From NCBI RefSeq assembly GCF_022701215.1, contig NZ_CP089976.1:1290001-1322000 (forward strand): a DNA stretch of 32,000 nt, written 5' to 3'. This stretch comes from Moraxella nasovis (lineage in GTDB: Bacteria > Pseudomonadota > Gammaproteobacteria > Pseudomonadales > Moraxellaceae). This document shows positions 1 through 12,385 of this stretch, piece by piece. Under the pieces are notes generated by a model. That model saw only the letters and a program-made list of their open reading frames with translations, was not told where the DNA came from and searched no databases. Position numbers and translations under genes: made by a program. How positions within the stretch are numbered: position 1 is the first letter of the stretch; every line of letters begins with the position of its first letter.

Positions 1-309
1 GGTGCAACATTAGTCACGCAGTACCTACCACGTTATTGGGTAGCAGCGAATGATGTTTGGGTGCAAATCGGTATTACAGTAGCTTTGATTGTATTTGCGA
101 TTTGTTGTCTTGTCTTTACTCACCAAGGTCACGCTTTTAAAGTGTTGTTAAAGGATGCTGGTATTGAATTACGACGAGTAACATGGCCGACAAAAAATGA
201 GACCGTGCGTTATACCTGGCAGGTGCTTTTGGCTATGGCTATTGTTGGCTTTATCGTATGGCTTTTAGATAACGCCTTTAATTATCTATTGGGTTTTGTT
301 TTAAACTAA
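1..309 (+). CDS. secE: Preprotein translocase subunit SecE (5' end off window)
   Basis: Frame 1 is open from base 1 to the TAA at 307-309. The C-terminal 'ELRRVTWPTKNET' plus a final TM helix matches the conserved SecE C-terminus (E. coli 'EVRKVIWPTRQET'). It lies directly upstream of nusG, as in the canonical operon. The GTG at 61 used by the ORF track is probably internal. Confidence 0.85.
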   Translation, partial: GATLVTQYLPRYWVAANDVWVQIGITVALIVFAICCLVFTHQGHAFKVLLKDAGIELRRVTWPTKNETVRYTWQVLLAMAIVGFIVWLLDNAFNYLLGFVLN

Positions 310-324
310 TTTAGGGGTTCGGTT

Positions 325-855
325 ATGCGTTGGTATATTATCCAAGCATTTTCAGGCTATGAAAAGCAAGTTCAACGTTCATTGGTTGAACGAATTAAAC
401 GTAGTGAGTTTGCAGAACAATTTGGTGATGTACTTGTACCAACCGAAGAAGTTATTGAAATGCGTGACGGTAAAAAACGCACGGTTGAGCATAAGTTATT
501 CCCTGGTTATGTACTCATCAATATGGACATGACCGAAGATACATGGCACATTGTTAAAGACTGCCCCAATATTACAGGATTTATCGGTGGTACGCCAGAA
601 AATCCTGCACCAATCACCAAAGTAGAAGCTGACCGCATTTTAAATCGCATCCAAAAAGGCAATGAGGCACCGCGTCCGAAGACAATGTTTGAGCCAGGTG
701 AAGAAGTGCTTGTGATTGATGGACCGTTTACCGACTTTAAAGGCGTTGTGAAGAAAGTTGACTATGATAAGTCTAAGCTTTATCTGACTGTCAGTGTCTT
801 TAATCGCCCAACTGATGTTGAATTAGAGTTTACAAAAGTTGAAAAATTAAATTAA
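325..855 (+). CDS. nusG: Transcription termination/antitermination factor NusG
   Basis: 176 aa. NGN-type N-terminus 'MRWYIIQAFSGYEKQV' and KOW motif 'GEEVLVIDGPFTDFKGVVKKVD'. Conserved position between secE and rplK. Confidence 0.95.
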   Translation: MRWYIIQAFSGYEKQVQRSLVERIKRSEFAEQFGDVLVPTEEVIEMRDGKKRTVEHKLFPGYVLINMDMTEDTWHIVKDCPNITGFIGGTPENPAPITKVEADRILNRIQKGNEAPRPKTMFEPGEEVLVIDGPFTDFKGVVKKVDYDKSKLYLTVSVFNRPTDVELEFTKVEKLN

Positions 856-875
856 TTATTGTATAATTAAAAATT

Positions 876-901
876 AGCTCTAGTTTAATCTAGGGCTTTT
901 T
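876..901 (+). terminator. Rho-independent terminator/attenuator after nusG
   Basis: 8-bp stem agctctag/ctagggct (one G-U pair), loop tttaat, followed by a T run. A TTGACG -35-like hexamer starts at 900. Confidence 0.55.
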
Positions 902-985
902 GACGAAATAAACGATTTTGTTTATTTATCACTATCACGGGGAGCTAATGATATTAGCGTTATCACCCATTATTGGAGAAATCTC

Positions 986-1417
986 ATGGCAAAGAAGATT
1001 GATGGCTACATCAAGCTACAAGTGCCTGCTGGCAAAGCGAACCCTTCACCACCGATTGGACCTGCTCTAGGTCAAAAAGGTGTGAACATTATGGCATTTT
1101 GTAAAGAGTTTAATGCTGCATCAGCAAATATTGAACCAGGCCTGCCAATTCCTGTTGTAATTACGGTATTTAATGACAAATCATTCACGTTTGTGATGAA
1201 GTCGCCACCTGCGGCTGTGCTACTGCGTAAAGCAGCAGGTATTGCCAAAGGCTCTAGTGTACCGAATAAAGATAAAGTTGGTACAGTAACACGCGCCCAA
1301 CTTGAAGAAATTGTAAAAACTAAAGAAGCGGACCTAACCGCTGCTGATCTTGAAGCTGCAGTACGTACCATCGCAGGTACAGCACGCTCAATGGGTCTTA
1401 ATGTGGAGGGTGTATAA
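986..1417 (+). CDS. rplK: 50S ribosomal protein L11
   Basis: 143 aa. Canonical L11 N-terminus '[44 protein letters not shown]'. GGAG RBS upstream. Confidence 0.97.
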   Translation: MAKKIDGYIKLQVPAGKANPSPPIGPALGQKGVNIMAFCKEFNAASANIEPGLPIPVVITVFNDKSFTFVMKSPPAAVLLRKAAGIAKGSSVPNKDKVGTVTRAQLEEIVKTKEADLTAADLEAAVRTIAGTARSMGLNVEGV

Positions 1418-2118
1418 TGGCTAAGCTAACTAAGCGTCAAAAGCTCATCAATGAAAAAATTGACAGCGATAAACTATACACCATTGAAGAAGCGGTTGCA
1501 ATCTTAAATGATTTGCCAGCGGCAAAATTCAAAGAATCAATTGACATCGCTATCAACCTAGGTGTTGATCCACGTAAATCAGACCAAGTTGTTCGTGGTG
1601 CTACCAATCTACCAGCTGGTACTGGTAAAACTAAACGTGTTGCGGTATTTGCTCAAGGTGCTACTGCAGAAGCTGCTAAAGAAGCAGGTGCTGACGTTGT
1701 TGGTTTTGAAGACTTAGCTGACAGCATTAAAGCTGGCAACATGGACTTTGATGTGGTTATTGCATCACCAGACGCTATGCGTGTGGTTGGTCAGCTAGGT
1801 ACTATCTTAGGTCCACGTGGTCTTATGCCAAACCCTAAAGTTGGTACAGTAACTGCAGACGTAGCAACTGCTGTAAAAAATACCAAAGCGGGTCAGGCTC
1901 AGTACCGTGTAGATAAAGCAGGTATCATTCATGCTTCAATCGGTCAAATTGGTTTTACTGGTGAGCAAATCGAACAAAACGCAACTGCGTTATTGAATGA
2001 CTTGAAAAAAGCAAAACCTGCAACATCTAAAGGTATCTATATTAAGAAAATTACACTATCTAGCACCATGGGTCCTGGTATTTCAATCGATCCAGTACCG
2101 CACCGTGCTAATAAGTAA
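1417..2118 (+). CDS. rplA: 50S ribosomal protein L1
   Basis: 233 aa with L1-typical sequence ('[23 protein letters not shown]'). The ATG overlaps the rplK stop (TAATG at 1415-1419), suggesting translational coupling. Confidence 0.97.
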   Translation: MAKLTKRQKLINEKIDSDKLYTIEEAVAILNDLPAAKFKESIDIAINLGVDPRKSDQVVRGATNLPAGTGKTKRVAVFAQGATAEAAKEAGADVVGFEDLADSIKAGNMDFDVVIASPDAMRVVGQLGTILGPRGLMPNPKVGTVTADVATAVKNTKAGQAQYRVDKAGIIHASIGQIGFTGEQIEQNATALLNDLKKAKPATSKGIYIKKITLSSTMGPGISIDPVPHRANK

Positions 2119-2164
2119 TTTTTAGTAATTTTATAAGCGTTAAATGATTTATAGACTTTAAAGG

Positions 2165-2192
2165 TTGATTTAAATTATTTTTCGCTTATAAT
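2165..2192 (+). promoter_or_regulatory. Sigma70-type promoter for rplJL-rpoBC (PL10 equivalent)
   Basis: TTGATT (2165-2170), 16-bp spacer, perfect TATAAT (2187-2192). It sits in the 320-bp rplA-rplJ spacer, where E. coli has PL10. Confidence 0.5.
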
Positions 2193-2437
2193 AGCATTTT
2201 CGTCATAGGCTTGCCCGATTGTAAGGCTCTTGACGATAAAATTATTAGTTCAGCACAGCGGGTTGTGCTGTCTAAGACCGTAGGTATTCATTATTGTTCT
2301 CAAGAATGGATATAAATTATAAGTAAAATTATAAGCCTACGCAGACGGTAAGACTATTGGTCGCCGTATTTGGTGCAAATGTCTTAGACATTTGTAAAAT
2401 TTGCTTACCATGTTAATGGTAAATATGGAGACAACCC
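2193..2437 (+). promoter_or_regulatory. rplJ (L10) mRNA leader, probable L10(L12)4 autoregulatory leader
   Basis: Long untranslated leader between the promoter and the rplJ ATG. It contains several hairpins (e.g. cagcaca-gcgggt-tgtgctg at ~2251-2270). The call rests on position by analogy with the enterobacterial L10 leader; I cannot verify the structure by hand. Confidence 0.4.
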
Positions 2438-2941
2438 ATGGCACTAAATCTTCAAGACAAACAAGCAATTGTTGCTGAAGTGAGTGAAGCTGCCAAAGTT
2501 GCCCTTTCTGCTGTTGTTGCCGATTCTCGCGGTGTAACAGTAGGTCAAATGACTGAACTTCGTAAACAAGCTCGTGCAGCTGGTGTTGATGTGCGTATTG
2601 TGCGTAATACTTTATTACGTCGTGCCCTAGAAAACACTGACTATGCTTGCATGAACGATGTATTTGTTGGTCCTACTCTAATTGCATTTTCTAACGAACA
2701 CCCAGGTGCTGCGGCACGCTTGTTCAAAGAGTTTGCAAAAACCAACAACAAGTTTGAAATTAAAGGTGCGGCTTTTGAAGGCGAATTCATTGATCCAAAA
2801 TCTATCGATAGACTTGCAACGCTACCGACTTACGACGAAGCTATTGCACGCTTGATGGGTACAATGAAAGAAGCTGCTGCTGGCAAACTTGCCCGTACGC
2901 TTGCTGCCTTTCGTGATAAGCTAGAAGCAGAAGCAGCTTAA
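2438..2941 (+). CDS. rplJ: 50S ribosomal protein L10
   Basis: 167 aa with L10-like sequence ('[20 protein letters not shown]...[15 protein letters not shown]'). GGAG RBS. Followed by rplL. Confidence 0.95.
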   Translation: MALNLQDKQAIVAEVSEAAKVALSAVVADSRGVTVGQMTELRKQARAAGVDVRIVRNTLLRRALENTDYACMNDVFVGPTLIAFSNEHPGAAARLFKEFAKTNNKFEIKGAAFEGEFIDPKSIDRLATLPTYDEAIARLMGTMKEAAAGKLARTLAAFRDKLEAEAA

Positions 2942-2988
2942 TTACGCTTTAACTCATTTATTTAATCTGACTAATAGGAATAATTGCT

Positions 2989-3360
2989 ATGTCACTAACT
3001 AACGAACAAATCTTAGACGCAATCGCGGAAAAATCAGTAATGGAAATCGTTGAGCTTATCTCTGCGATGGAAGAAAAATTCGGTGTATCTGCAGCAGCAC
3101 TAGCAGCAGCCCCAGCAGCTGGCGGTGAAGCAGCAGCAGCTGAAGAGAAAGACGAATTTGACGTAGTTCTAACCAGTGCTGGCGACAAGAAAGTTGCAGT
3201 AATTAAAGTTGTGCGTGAAGTAACTGGTCTAGGTCTAAAAGAAGCCAAAGACCTAGTTGAAGGTGCTCCACAAACTGTTAAAGAAGCTGCATCAAAAGCT
3301 GAAGCTGAAGAGCTTAAGAAAAAGCTTGAAGAAGCTGGCGCAGGCGTTGAGCTTAAATAA
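2989..3360 (+). CDS. rplL: 50S ribosomal protein L7/L12
   Basis: 123 aa. Ala/Glu-rich hinge and the conserved C-terminal domain '[30 protein letters not shown]'. Confidence 0.97.
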   Translation: MSLTNEQILDAIAEKSVMEIVELISAMEEKFGVSAAALAAAPAAGGEAAAAEEKDEFDVVLTSAGDKKVAVIKVVREVTGLGLKEAKDLVEGAPQTVKEAASKAEAEELKKKLEEAGAGVELK

Positions 3361-3422
3361 TTTTCTTATTAATAGCTATGCAGGCTTTTTAAGCTTGGCA
3401 TAGTTTTAAAGAAATTATCATA

Positions 3423-3460
3423 AAAAAACCAGTAGTGCTATTGCATTATTGGTTTTTTTT
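3423..3460 (+). terminator. rplL-rpoB intergenic attenuator (rho-independent)
   Basis: 12-bp stem aaccagtagtgc/gcattattggtt (two G-U pairs), loop tatt, A run upstream and an 8-T run downstream. It occupies the same position as the partial terminator between rplL and rpoB in E. coli. Confidence 0.65.
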
Positions 3461-3817
3461 GTTATAATTAATTACTTGACCTTTTGTGATTTGCCTGCAC
3501 GGGCGGACAAACACACTTCAAAAAGGACAAATTTTCCCTATGCAGACAGACTTGATATTCGCCAATGCTCACTAAGCTAGATACCTTTGGTGTTTGGCCT
3601 TTTGTCATGCATTGGTTTTTTACATGATGTAATAGGGACATCGTGCTGAAAATTATCCATTTTATCGATGTATCACTGCAAAGGGGGCGAGTTCCCGCCT
3701 GAATTGGTTCCAATTCGGCTCGCATGGCATATTGTAAGTTTTAATCAGTCGGAAAAATGAGTATTTGTTGGCAAATCAGCAGACAAATTGTTTTCCAATT
3801 TAACGTAAGGAATCTTA

Positions 3818-6800
3818 ATGGCATACTCTTATACTGAAAAAAAACGTATTCGTAAAAGTTTTTCCAAATTACCAGACGTCATGGACGTGCCATATTTATT
3901 GGCAATCCAAGTAGATTCTTACGAGCAGTTTTTACAAGAACATAAACAACCTAAAGCTCGCGCTAATGTCGGTTTGCAAGCAGCATTCTCGTCTATATTC
4001 CCAATCACCAGTCATTCTGGGCATGCTGAACTTCAATTTGTTGAGTATCAGCTTGGTGAGCCTGAATTTGATGAACGTGAATGTATTATGCGTGGCTCAA
4101 CATTCGCTGCACCACTTCGTGTAAAAATTCGTTTAGTGGTTAAAGATAAAGATAATAAAGCAACTATTAAGGATGTGCGTGAGCAAAGAGTATATATGGG
4201 TGAAATCCCATTAATGACAGACAACGGTACGTTTATTATTAACGGTACTGAGCGTGTCATTGTATCTCAGCTACATCGTTCACCTGGTGTGTTCTTTGAC
4301 CATGACAAAGGCAAGTCGCATTCAAGTGGTAAAGTGCTGTATAACGCTCGCATTATCCCATATCGTGGTTCATGGCTTGATTTTGAGTTTGACGTAAAAG
4401 ACTTGGTATATGCACGTATTGACCGTCGCCGTAAGTTACTTGCAACCATTATTTTACGTGCCATCGGCATGGATGACCAAGAGATTTTAGATACTTTCTT
4501 TGATAGTATTGAAGTGTTTAAAGGTGCAGATTCTTTTGAAGTAGAGCTTGTGCCTGAGCGTTTACAAGGTGAGATGGCTCAATTTGACATCGTATCGCCT
4601 GATGGTAAAGTATTGGTTGAGCAAGGCAAGCGTATTAATGCTCGCCGCATTAAAGAAATCGTCGCATCTGGTATGACGAAACTTGCAGTGCCTGATGAGT
4701 ATTTATATGAACATATTCTGGCAGAAGATATTTTATACCACGATGAAGTGATTGCTCGTGCCAATACGTTAATTGACCATGAGCTTTTGGTAAAACTAGC
4801 AGATAAAAACATCGAAAGCTTTAAAATTTTGTTCACCAATGACATTGATCATGGTGCCTACATTGCAGATACTTTGCGTGCCGACACCGTTAAAACACGT
4901 GAAGAAGCTTTGATTGAAATTTATAAAGTCATGCGTCCAGGTGAGCCGCCAACGCTTGATACGGCAGAAAAGCTATTTGAGAGCATGTTCTTTAGCCAAG
5001 AGCGTTATGATTTATCAAATGTCGGTCGTATGAAGTTTAATCGCCGCTTAGGTCGTGAGTTCGTTGAGACAGATGATATTGATGTACAGCGTGAGCAGGG
5101 TGTTTTATCTAAGCAAGACATCATCGATGTGGTAAAAGAGTTGTTTGAGATTCGTAACGGTCGTGGTGAAGTTGACGATATTGACCATTTGGGTAACCGT
5201 CGTATCCGTTCGGTGGGCGAGATGACCGAGAACCAGTTCCGTATTGGTCTAGCTCGTGTAGAGCGTGCAGTAAAAGAGCGTCTAACGACAGCTGAAACAG
5301 ACAGTGTATCTCCACAAGATCTGATTAACTCAAAACCTGTGGCAGCAGCAATCAAAGAATTCTTTGGTTCAAGCCAGCTTTCACAGTTTATGGATCAGAA
5401 CAATCCACTGTCAGAAATTACGCATAAACGTCGTGTTTCTGCACTTGGCCCTGGTGGTTTGACTCGTGAGCGTGCAGGCTTTGAGGTGCGAGATGTACAT
5501 AACACCCACTATGGTCGCGTGTGTCCGATTGAGACACCAGAAGGTCCAAACATTGGTTTGATTAACTCATTGGCAGTATTTGCTAAAACCAATAATTTTG
5601 GCTTCTTAGAAACGCCATATCGCCGCGTGATTGATGGCAAGGTAACTGACGATATCGAATATATGTCAGCCATTGAGGAAGTAGGTGCGGTAATCGCTCA
5701 GGCAGATTCCCCGATGAATGATCAAGGTGAGCTGACAGAAGAGATGGTGATGGTGCGTTACCAAGGCGAATCGGTGCGTATGGGTGTGGATAAAGTCACC
5801 CATATGGACGTATCACCACGTCAAGTTGTGTCTGTGGCAGCAAGCTTAATTCCATTTTTGGAACATGACGATGCTAACCGTGCTTTGATGGGTGCAAACA
5901 TGCAACGACAAGCTGTGCCGACGTTACGCAGTGATAAGCCGCTTGTTGGTACAGGTATGGAACGCCACGTTGCTAGAGATAGCGGGGTGTGTGTGGTCGC
6001 CAAGCGTGGTGGTGTTATTGAAGAAGTTGACGCCAGTCGTATCATCGTGCGTGTTGATGAAAGTGAAGTCGTTGCAGGTGAGGCGGGTATTGATATTTAT
6101 AACCTTATCAAATATACACGTTCAAACCAAAATACTTGTATTAACCAACGTGCTATCGTGAATGCTGGTGATAAAATTGCTCGTGGCGATATCTTGGCAG
6201 ACGGCCCATCTACTGACTTGGGTGAATTGGCACTTGGTCAAAATATGCGTGTGGCGTTTATGCCGTGGAATGGTTATAACTTTGAAGACTCTATTTTGCT
6301 ATCTGAACGTGTGGTGCAAGAAGACCGCTTTACCACCATTCACATTCAAGAGCTAACTTGTGTGGCTCGTGATACCAAGCTTGGACCTGAGGAAATCACA
6401 GGCGATATTCCAAACGTCGGTGAGGCTGCCCTTGCTAACCTGGATGAAGCAGGTATCGTTTATATCGGTGCAGAAGTAGACGCAGGGGATATTTTGGTGG
6501 GTAAAGTTACCCCAAAAGGCGAAAGCCAATTAACTCCAGAAGAAAAGCTGCTTCGTGCCATCTTTGGTGAAAAAGCTGCTGATGTAAAAGATACGTCACT
6601 TCGTGTGCCTTCATCTACAAAGGGTACAGTTATTGACGTGCAGGTCTTTACCCGTGATGGGCTTGAAAAAGATAGCCGTGCCAAAGCTATCGAGCAAGCA
6701 ATGCTAGATGACTACCGTAAAGACTTAAGAGAGGGTTTAAATATCTTTGAAGCGGCTGCACGTGACCGTATTATCAGCTTGCTGGTTGGTAAGAAGGTAA

Positions 6801-7909
6801 GTGGCGGTGCTGGCTTTAAGGCAGGTACTGTGCTGACAGCAGAACAGATGCAAGATATTGCACTTGATTCATTGCTTGACATTCAGCCTGCAGAAGAAGA
6901 AGTGTCAGAGCTACTAGGTCAGATTGCTGATTACTTGGCTGAAAAGCGTAAAGAGATTGACAACAAGTTTGCTGATAAGAAACGCAAGCTTACTCAAGGC
7001 GATGACTTGGCACATGGCGTTCAAAAAATCGTCAAAGTATATTTGGCGGTGAAACGTCGTATCCAGCCAGGTGATAAGATGGCAGGTCGCCATGGTAACA
7101 AAGGTGTGGTATCACGCATTATGCCAGTTGAGGATATGCCTTATGACGAAAATGGCAACCCAGTTGATGTGGTGCTAAACCCGCTAGGTGTACCATCTCG
7201 TATGAATATTGGTCAGATTCTAGAGACGCACCTTGGTATGGCAGCTCGAGGGCTGGGCGATAAGATTAATACCATGCTCCGTGCACAAGCAGCAGTGACT
7301 GAATTGCGTGAATTCTTGGATAAGATTTACAACCAAGTAGGCGGTGAGCAAGTTGATTTAGACAGCTTGAGTGATGACGATGTAATCACACTTGCAAATA
7401 ACTTGCGTCAAGGCGTACCAATGGGTACAGCTGTATTTGACGGTGCCAAAGAAACCCAAATCAAAGCATTGCTTGAATTGGCAGGGCTTGATAAATCAGG
7501 TCAGCAGACGTTATATGATGGACGCACAGGTAAGCAGTTCGATCGCCCTGTTACTGTCGGCTATATGTATATGCTTAAATTAAACCACCTAGTTGATGAT
7601 AAGATGCACGCTCGTTCAACAGGGTCATACAGCCTTGTCACCCAGCAACCACTTGGCGGTAAAGCACAGTTTGGTGGTCAGCGTTTTGGCGAGATGGAAG
7701 TGTGGGCATTAGAAGCTTACGGTGCAACTTATACCTTGCAAGAAATGCTGACGGTGAAGTCGGATGATGTGGAAGGTCGTACTCGTATGTATAAGAACAT
7801 CGTGGACGGTGAGCAGTATATGAATCCTGGTATGCCAGAATCGTTTAATGTACTAACCAAAGAAATTCGCTCGCTGGGTATTAACATCGATTTAAAAGAA
7901 AAAAAATAA
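3818..7909 (+). CDS. rpoB: DNA-directed RNA polymerase subunit beta
   Basis: 1363 aa. '[15 protein letters not shown]' N-terminus and conserved blocks throughout ('[18 protein letters not shown]', 'NMQRQAVP', 'GRHGNKGV'). Confidence 0.99.
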   Translation: MAYSYTEKKRIRKSFSKLPDVMDVPYLLAIQVDSYEQFLQEHKQPKARANVGLQAAFSSIFPITSHSGHAELQFVEYQLGEPEFDERECIMRGSTFAAPLRVKIRLVVKDKDNKATIKDVREQRVYMGEIPLMTDNGTFIINGTERVIVSQLHRSPGVFFDHDKGKSHSSGKVLYNARIIPYRGSWLDFEFDVKDLVYARIDRRRKLLATIILRAIGMDDQEILDTFFDSIEVFKGADSFEVELVPERLQGEMAQFDIVSPDGKVLVEQGKRINARRIKEIVASGMTKLAVPDEYLYEHILAEDILYHDEVIARANTLIDHELLVKLADKNIESFKILFTNDIDHGAYIADTLRADTVKTREEALIEIYKVMRPGEPPTLDTAEKLFESMFFSQERYDLSNVGRMKFNRRLGREFVETDDIDVQREQGVLSKQDIIDVVKELFEIRNGRGEVDDIDHLGNRRIRSVGEMTENQFRIGLARVERAVKERLTTAETDSVSPQDLINSKPVAAAIKEFFGSSQLSQFMDQNNPLSEITHKRRVSALGPGGLTRERAGFEVRDVHNTHYGRVCPIETPEGPNIGLINSLAVFAKTNNFGFLETPYRRVIDGKVTDDIEYMSAIEEVGAVIAQADSPMNDQGELTEEMVMVRYQGESVRMGVDKVTHMDVSPRQVVSVAASLIPFLEHDDANRALMGANMQRQAVPTLRSDKPLVGTGMERHVARDSGVCVVAKRGGVIEEVDASRIIVRVDESEVVAGEAGIDIYNLIKYTRSNQNTCINQRAIVNAGDKIARGDILADGPSTDLGELALGQNMRVAFMPWNGYNFEDSILLSERVVQEDRFTTIHIQELTCVARDTKLGPEEITGDIPNVGEAALANLDEAGIVYIGAEVDAGDILVGKVTPKGESQLTPEEKLLRAIFGEKAADVKDTSLRVPSSTKGTVIDVQVFTRDGLEKDSRAKAIEQAMLDDYRKDLREGLNIFEAAARDRIISLLVGKKVSGGAGFKAGTVLTAEQMQDIALDSLLDIQPAEEEVSELLGQIADYLAEKRKEIDNKFADKKRKLTQGDDLAHGVQKIVKVYLAVKRRIQPGDKMAGRHGNKGVVSRIMPVEDMPYDENGNPVDVVLNPLGVPSRMNIGQILETHLGMAARGLGDKINTMLRAQAAVTELREFLDKIYNQVGGEQVDLDSLSDDDVITLANNLRQGVPMGTAVFDGAKETQIKALLELAGLDKSGQQTLYDGRTGKQFDRPVTVGYMYMLKLNHLVDDKMHARSTGSYSLVTQQPLGGKAQFGGQRFGEMEVWALEAYGATYTLQEMLTVKSDDVEGRTRMYKNIVDGEQYMNPGMPESFNVLTKEIRSLGINIDLKEKK

Positions 7910-7988
7910 TCGGTAAGGCTGTGGCTTACGGCTTGGGTGGATAAAGCTGCCCAAGCACAACTTATGACGAATACAACGGAGAATTCTT

Positions 7989-10900
7989 TTGAAAGACTTA
8001 TTAGACATCACAAGAGGCCCTGCCGAAAACGGCATGAAGGAATTTGACAGCATTCAGATTTCATTAGCGTCACCTGATACGGTACGTTCGTGGTCTTATG
8101 GTGAGGTTAAAAAGCCTGAGACGATTAATTATCGCACATTCAAGCCTGAACGTGATGGCTTATTTTGTGCCAAAATCTTTGGCCCTGTTAAAGATTTTGA
8201 GTGCTTATGCGGCAAATACAAACGCCGTAAATTTCAAGGTATTATTTGCGAAAAATGTGGCGTGGAAGTTACCGCTGCTAAAGTGCGTCGTGAACGCATG
8301 GGGCATATTGAGCTGGCAAGTCCTGTAGCTCATATTTGGTTCTTAAAATCACTGCCAAGCCGTATCGGTCTTTTGCTTGACATCACGCTGCGTGATATTG
8401 AGCGCGTGCTTTATTTTGAAAGCTACATCGTAACAGATGCAGGCTTAACAGGTCTTGAAAAATATCAATTACTAGATGATGAAGAATATTTTAACGCATT
8501 AGAACAGTATGGTGATGAATTTACCGCCAAAATGGGTGCTGAAGCGGTTCAAGATTTATTAAAAGACATCGATGTTGATAATGAGATTGATATGTTGCGT
8601 GAAGCAATTCCGCAAACGGGCTCTGAAACCAAGCTCAAGAAAATGGCAAAACGCTTGCAATTATTAGAAGCGTTCCGTGATTCTGGTAACAAGCCTGAAT
8701 GGATGGTGATGACGGTTCTGCCTGTATTGCCACCTGATTTGCGTCCGCTTGTGCCACTTGAAGGCGGTCGTTTTGCCACGTCTGATTTGAACGATTTATA
8801 TCGCCGTGTCATCAACCGTAACAACCGCCTAAAACGTCTTTTGGAATTAAACGCTCCTGACATCATTGTGCGTAACGAAAAACGTATGCTCCAAGAAGCG
8901 GTGGACGCATTGCTTGATAACGGTCGCCGTGGACGTGCGATTACTGGCTCTAATAAACGCCCCCTAAAATCCTTGGCAGACATGATTAAGGGTAAACAGG
9001 GTCGTTTCCGCCAAAACCTACTGGGTAAGCGTGTGGACTACTCGGGTCGTTCGGTGATTGTTGTAGGTCCTACACTGCGTCTACACCAATGCGGTCTGCC
9101 AAAGAAAATGGCATTAGAGTTATTTAAGCCATTTACTTACGCTAAATTGCTACAAAACAACATTGCAAGCACGATTAAAGCGGCTAAGAAGATGGTAGAG
9201 CGTGAAGAGCCTGCGGTTTGGGATATGCTTGCTAGCGTAATTCGTGAACACCCAGTGCTACTAAACCGTGCTCCAACACTTCACCGTCTAGGTCTGCAAG
9301 CTTTTGAGCCAGTATTGATTGAAGGTAAGGCAATTCAGCTACACCCATTGGTGTGTGCGGCGTTTAACGCAGACTTTGATGGCGACCAAATGGCGGTACA
9401 CGTACCATTGACCCTAGAGGCTCAGCTTGAAGCTCGTGCTTTGATGATGTCAACTAATAACATTCTGTCGCCTGCGAACGGTGAGCCGATTATCGTACCA
9501 TCACAAGACGTGGTATTGGGGCTGTACTACATCAGCCGTAGTCATGTCGGAGCCCGTGGCGAAAACATGGTCTTTAGTACGGTTAATGAAGCCTTGCGTG
9601 CGATTGGCTCTGATGATTTATCTGTCAATGCCAAAATTAAAGTGCGTGTGACCGAGACCATTTTGGACGAAAAAACAGGCGAAAAAACCACACATACTGA
9701 AATCAAAGACACTGTCGCAGGCCGTCTGCTCATCTGGGACATTATGCCAGAGGGTATGGCGTTTAGTGAGTGTAATACTGAGATGACTAAGAAAAACATC
9801 TCAAAACTGCTCAACTCTTGCTATCGTAAGCTTGGTGTGAAAGATTCGGTGATGTTTGCTGACCATTTGATGTATTTAGGTTTCGCCCAAGCGACCCTAT
9901 CTGGCATCTCAATCGGTATGGAAGACATGGTGATTCCACCAAATAAAAAGCAAATCGTGGATGCAGCCGATGCCGAAGTGCGTGAGATTGAACAGCAATT
10001 TGAACAAGGCTTTGTTACCGCGGGTGAGCGTTATAATAAAGTAGTTGATATTTGGTCTCGTACGTCTGATAAGATTGCCAATGCGATGATGGAGAACCTA
10101 TCAACTGATGACGTCATTAACGCTGATGGCGAAAAAGAGATTGAAAAATCGTTTAATTCAATCTATATGATGGCAGACTCTGGAGCTCGTGGTAGTGCTA
10201 CTCAGATTCGTCAGCTTGCTGGTATGCGTGGCTTGATGGCAAAACCAGACGGCTCTATCATTGAAACACCGATTAAGGCAAATTTCCGTGAAGGTCTAAG
10301 CGTACTGCAGTACTTTATCTCAACGCACGGTGCCCGTAAGGGTCTTGCTGATACCGCCCTAAAAACGGCGAACTCAGGTTACCTAACTCGTCGCCTTGTT
10401 GATGTCGCACAGGACTTGGTAATTACCATTGATGACTGTGGCACAGAGTCAGGACAGCTGATCACACCTGTGATTGATGGTGGTGAAATCGTAGAGCGTT
10501 TAGGCGATCGTGTACTTGGTCGTGTGGCAGCTAAAGACGTCATTAATGCTGATGGTCAGATTGTTGTTGCTAAAGGCGATCTGATTGATGAACGCTTGGT
10601 TGAAGCTTTAGATAAAAATGCCATTGATGAAGTGTATGTGCGTTCTGTGATCACTTGCGAAGCATCTCATGGTGTGTGTGCTAAGTGCTATGGTCGTGAT
10701 TTGGCTCGTGGTCATTTGGTGAATATTGGCGAATCAGTTGGTGTCATGGCAGCTCAGTCTATCGGTGAACCGGGTACACAGCTGACCATGCGTACTTTCC
10801 ACGTTGGTGGTGCAGCAAGTGCTACTTCGGTGGATAATAGTGTTTCTGTGGGTAATGCCGGTACAGTTCGTTTCCATAACATGAAGACAGTAGAGCATGT

Positions 10901-12212
10901 TGATGGGCATCTTGTTATCGTTTCTCGCTCAGCTGAGATTGGGGTGGCAGATGCCCAAGGCCGTGAGCGTGAACGCTATAAAGTGCCTTATGGTTCTAAT
11001 GTATTGGTGCGCGATGGGGCAGAGGTTAATGCAGGCGATGTGATTGCTAAATGGGATCCGCATACCCACCCAATCATCACTGAATTTGCAGGTACAGCAC
11101 GTTTTAGCGACATCACCGATGGCATGACCGCCACAGTGAAAGTCGATGAAACCACAGGTATGAGTTCGTTTGAAATTTTGGCAAGTAAAGACCGCCCAAG
11201 CCTATCAAAAGACTTACGTCCTGCTATTATCTTAGATACCGAAGAAGGTAAAGAAGTGGTGTATTTCCTACCTGCTGAGACCATCATTCGTGTATCAGAA
11301 GGTGAGCAGGTAGCAGCAGGTTCGGTATTAGGGCGTGTGCCGCAAGCCACATCAGGTACTAAAGATATTACAGGTGGTTTGCCACGAGTTGCTGACTTGT
11401 TTGAAGCACGTAAGCCAAAAGATCACGCAATCTTGGCTGAGATAACGGGCGTTGTGTCATTTGGTAAAGAAACCAAGGGCAAAAACCGCTTTATCATCAC
11501 CGATGAAGATGGCAATGTGCATGAAGAGTTGATTCCAAAATGGCGTCAAATCAACGTCTTTGAAGGCGAGACGGTAGAGCGTGGCGAGATTATCGCTGAC
11601 GGTCCTGCTAACCCGCATGACATCTTACGTCTAAAAGGCGAGACGGCACTGGCAAACTATATCGTGAACGAAGTTCAAGAAGTGTATCGCTTGCAAGGCG
11701 TTAAGATTAACGATAAGCACATTGAGGTTATCGTTCGTCAAATGTTGCGTAAAGTTGAGATTGTCGATGGTGGTGATTCAAGCTACTTTACAGGCGATCA
11801 AGCAGAATACACCAAAGTTCGTATGCTAAACGAAGAGCTGACCGCAAATGATAAGTTCCCAGTGAAGTATGAGCGTCAATTGCTTGGTATTACTAAGGCG
11901 TCTTTGGCAACCGAAAGCTTCATTTCGGCAGCATCATTCCAAGAGACCACTCGTGTTCTTACCGCTGCTGCTACGATGGGCAAGGTGGACGATTTGTCTG
12001 GTCTTAAAGAAAACGTGGTTGTGGGTCGTCTGATTCCAGCAGGCACAGGTCTTGCTTACCACAAAAACCGTAAGCGTAAAGCTCAGCAAGCCGACGAAGA
12101 AGTGGTAGCATTAGATGAGATTTTAAACTTAGGTGATGACAATGCCACCCAAACAGTAGAGGATAACTTTGCTGCAGCGTTCGCTGAAGAGCTAAACCAA
12201 GACTCTAAATAA
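7989..12212 (+). CDS. rpoC: DNA-directed RNA polymerase subunit beta'
   Basis: 1407 aa. The conserved N-terminus 'MKDLLD' requires the TTG at 7989 as the start; GGAG lies 8 nt upstream and the nearby ATG at 7964 is out of frame. Catalytic motif '[12 protein letters not shown]' is present. Confidence 0.99.
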   Translation: MKDLLDITRGPAENGMKEFDSIQISLASPDTVRSWSYGEVKKPETINYRTFKPERDGLFCAKIFGPVKDFECLCGKYKRRKFQGIICEKCGVEVTAAKVRRERMGHIELASPVAHIWFLKSLPSRIGLLLDITLRDIERVLYFESYIVTDAGLTGLEKYQLLDDEEYFNALEQYGDEFTAKMGAEAVQDLLKDIDVDNEIDMLREAIPQTGSETKLKKMAKRLQLLEAFRDSGNKPEWMVMTVLPVLPPDLRPLVPLEGGRFATSDLNDLYRRVINRNNRLKRLLELNAPDIIVRNEKRMLQEAVDALLDNGRRGRAITGSNKRPLKSLADMIKGKQGRFRQNLLGKRVDYSGRSVIVVGPTLRLHQCGLPKKMALELFKPFTYAKLLQNNIASTIKAAKKMVEREEPAVWDMLASVIREHPVLLNRAPTLHRLGLQAFEPVLIEGKAIQLHPLVCAAFNADFDGDQMAVHVPLTLEAQLEARALMMSTNNILSPANGEPIIVPSQDVVLGLYYISRSHVGARGENMVFSTVNEALRAIGSDDLSVNAKIKVRVTETILDEKTGEKTTHTEIKDTVAGRLLIWDIMPEGMAFSECNTEMTKKNISKLLNSCYRKLGVKDSVMFADHLMYLGFAQATLSGISIGMEDMVIPPNKKQIVDAADAEVREIEQQFEQGFVTAGERYNKVVDIWSRTSDKIANAMMENLSTDDVINADGEKEIEKSFNSIYMMADSGARGSATQIRQLAGMRGLMAKPDGSIIETPIKANFREGLSVLQYFISTHGARKGLADTALKTANSGYLTRRLVDVAQDLVITIDDCGTESGQLITPVIDGGEIVERLGDRVLGRVAAKDVINADGQIVVAKGDLIDERLVEALDKNAIDEVYVRSVITCEASHGVCAKCYGRDLARGHLVNIGESVGVMAAQSIGEPGTQLTMRTFHVGGAASATSVDNSVSVGNAGTVRFHNMKTVEHVDGHLVIVSRSAEIGVADAQGRERERYKVPYGSNVLVRDGAEVNAGDVIAKWDPHTHPIITEFAGTARFSDITDGMTATVKVDETTGMSSFEILASKDRPSLSKDLRPAIILDTEEGKEVVYFLPAETIIRVSEGEQVAAGSVLGRVPQATSGTKDITGGLPRVADLFEARKPKDHAILAEITGVVSFGKETKGKNRFIITDEDGNVHEELIPKWRQINVFEGETVERGEIIADGPANPHDILRLKGETALANYIVNEVQEVYRLQGVKINDKHIEVIVRQMLRKVEIVDGGDSSYFTGDQAEYTKVRMLNEELTANDKFPVKYERQLLGITKASLATESFISAASFQETTRVLTAAATMGKVDDLSGLKENVVVGRLIPAGTGLAYHKNRKRKAQQADEEVVALDEILNLGDDNATQTVEDNFAAAFAEELNQDSK

Positions 12213-12229
12213 TTGTGTTTGATTAACCT

Positions 12230-12260
12230 AAAAAGCTCGTCTTAATGGCGGGCTTTTTTG
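12230..12260 (+). terminator. Probable rho-independent terminator after rpoC
   Basis: aaaagctcg / cgggctttt stem (short GC core with one G-U pair, extended by A-U pairs) followed by a T run. Confidence 0.45.
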
Positions 12261-12385
12261 TATTTGAATTTTATTCATATTAATATGAAAGTATTTCTTG
12301 TAAAAACACTGGCTGGAACATTGCAAAAAACTGCTAAAGAGTGTATAAATAACGTTTAATTGCCAAACCCAATAAGGATAACCGT

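Noticed and set aside
3468-3725. 85-aa minus-strand ORF, and the unusually long (457 bp) rplL-rpoB spacer as a possible gene or ncRNA
   Set aside because: The ORF has no RBS, a Cys/His-rich low-complexity translation, and lies antisense within the rpoB leader. A long structured spacer with an attenuator is normal for this operon (E. coli has one too). I could not recognise any known ncRNA family by eye.
4048-11350. Many 60-144-aa antisense or out-of-frame ORFs inside rpoB and rpoC (e.g. 5005..5355 -, 8549..8983 -, 10988..11350 -)
   Set aside because: They lie entirely within two of the most conserved genes known. Their Ser/Arg-rich translations are typical of antisense frames and they have no start context.
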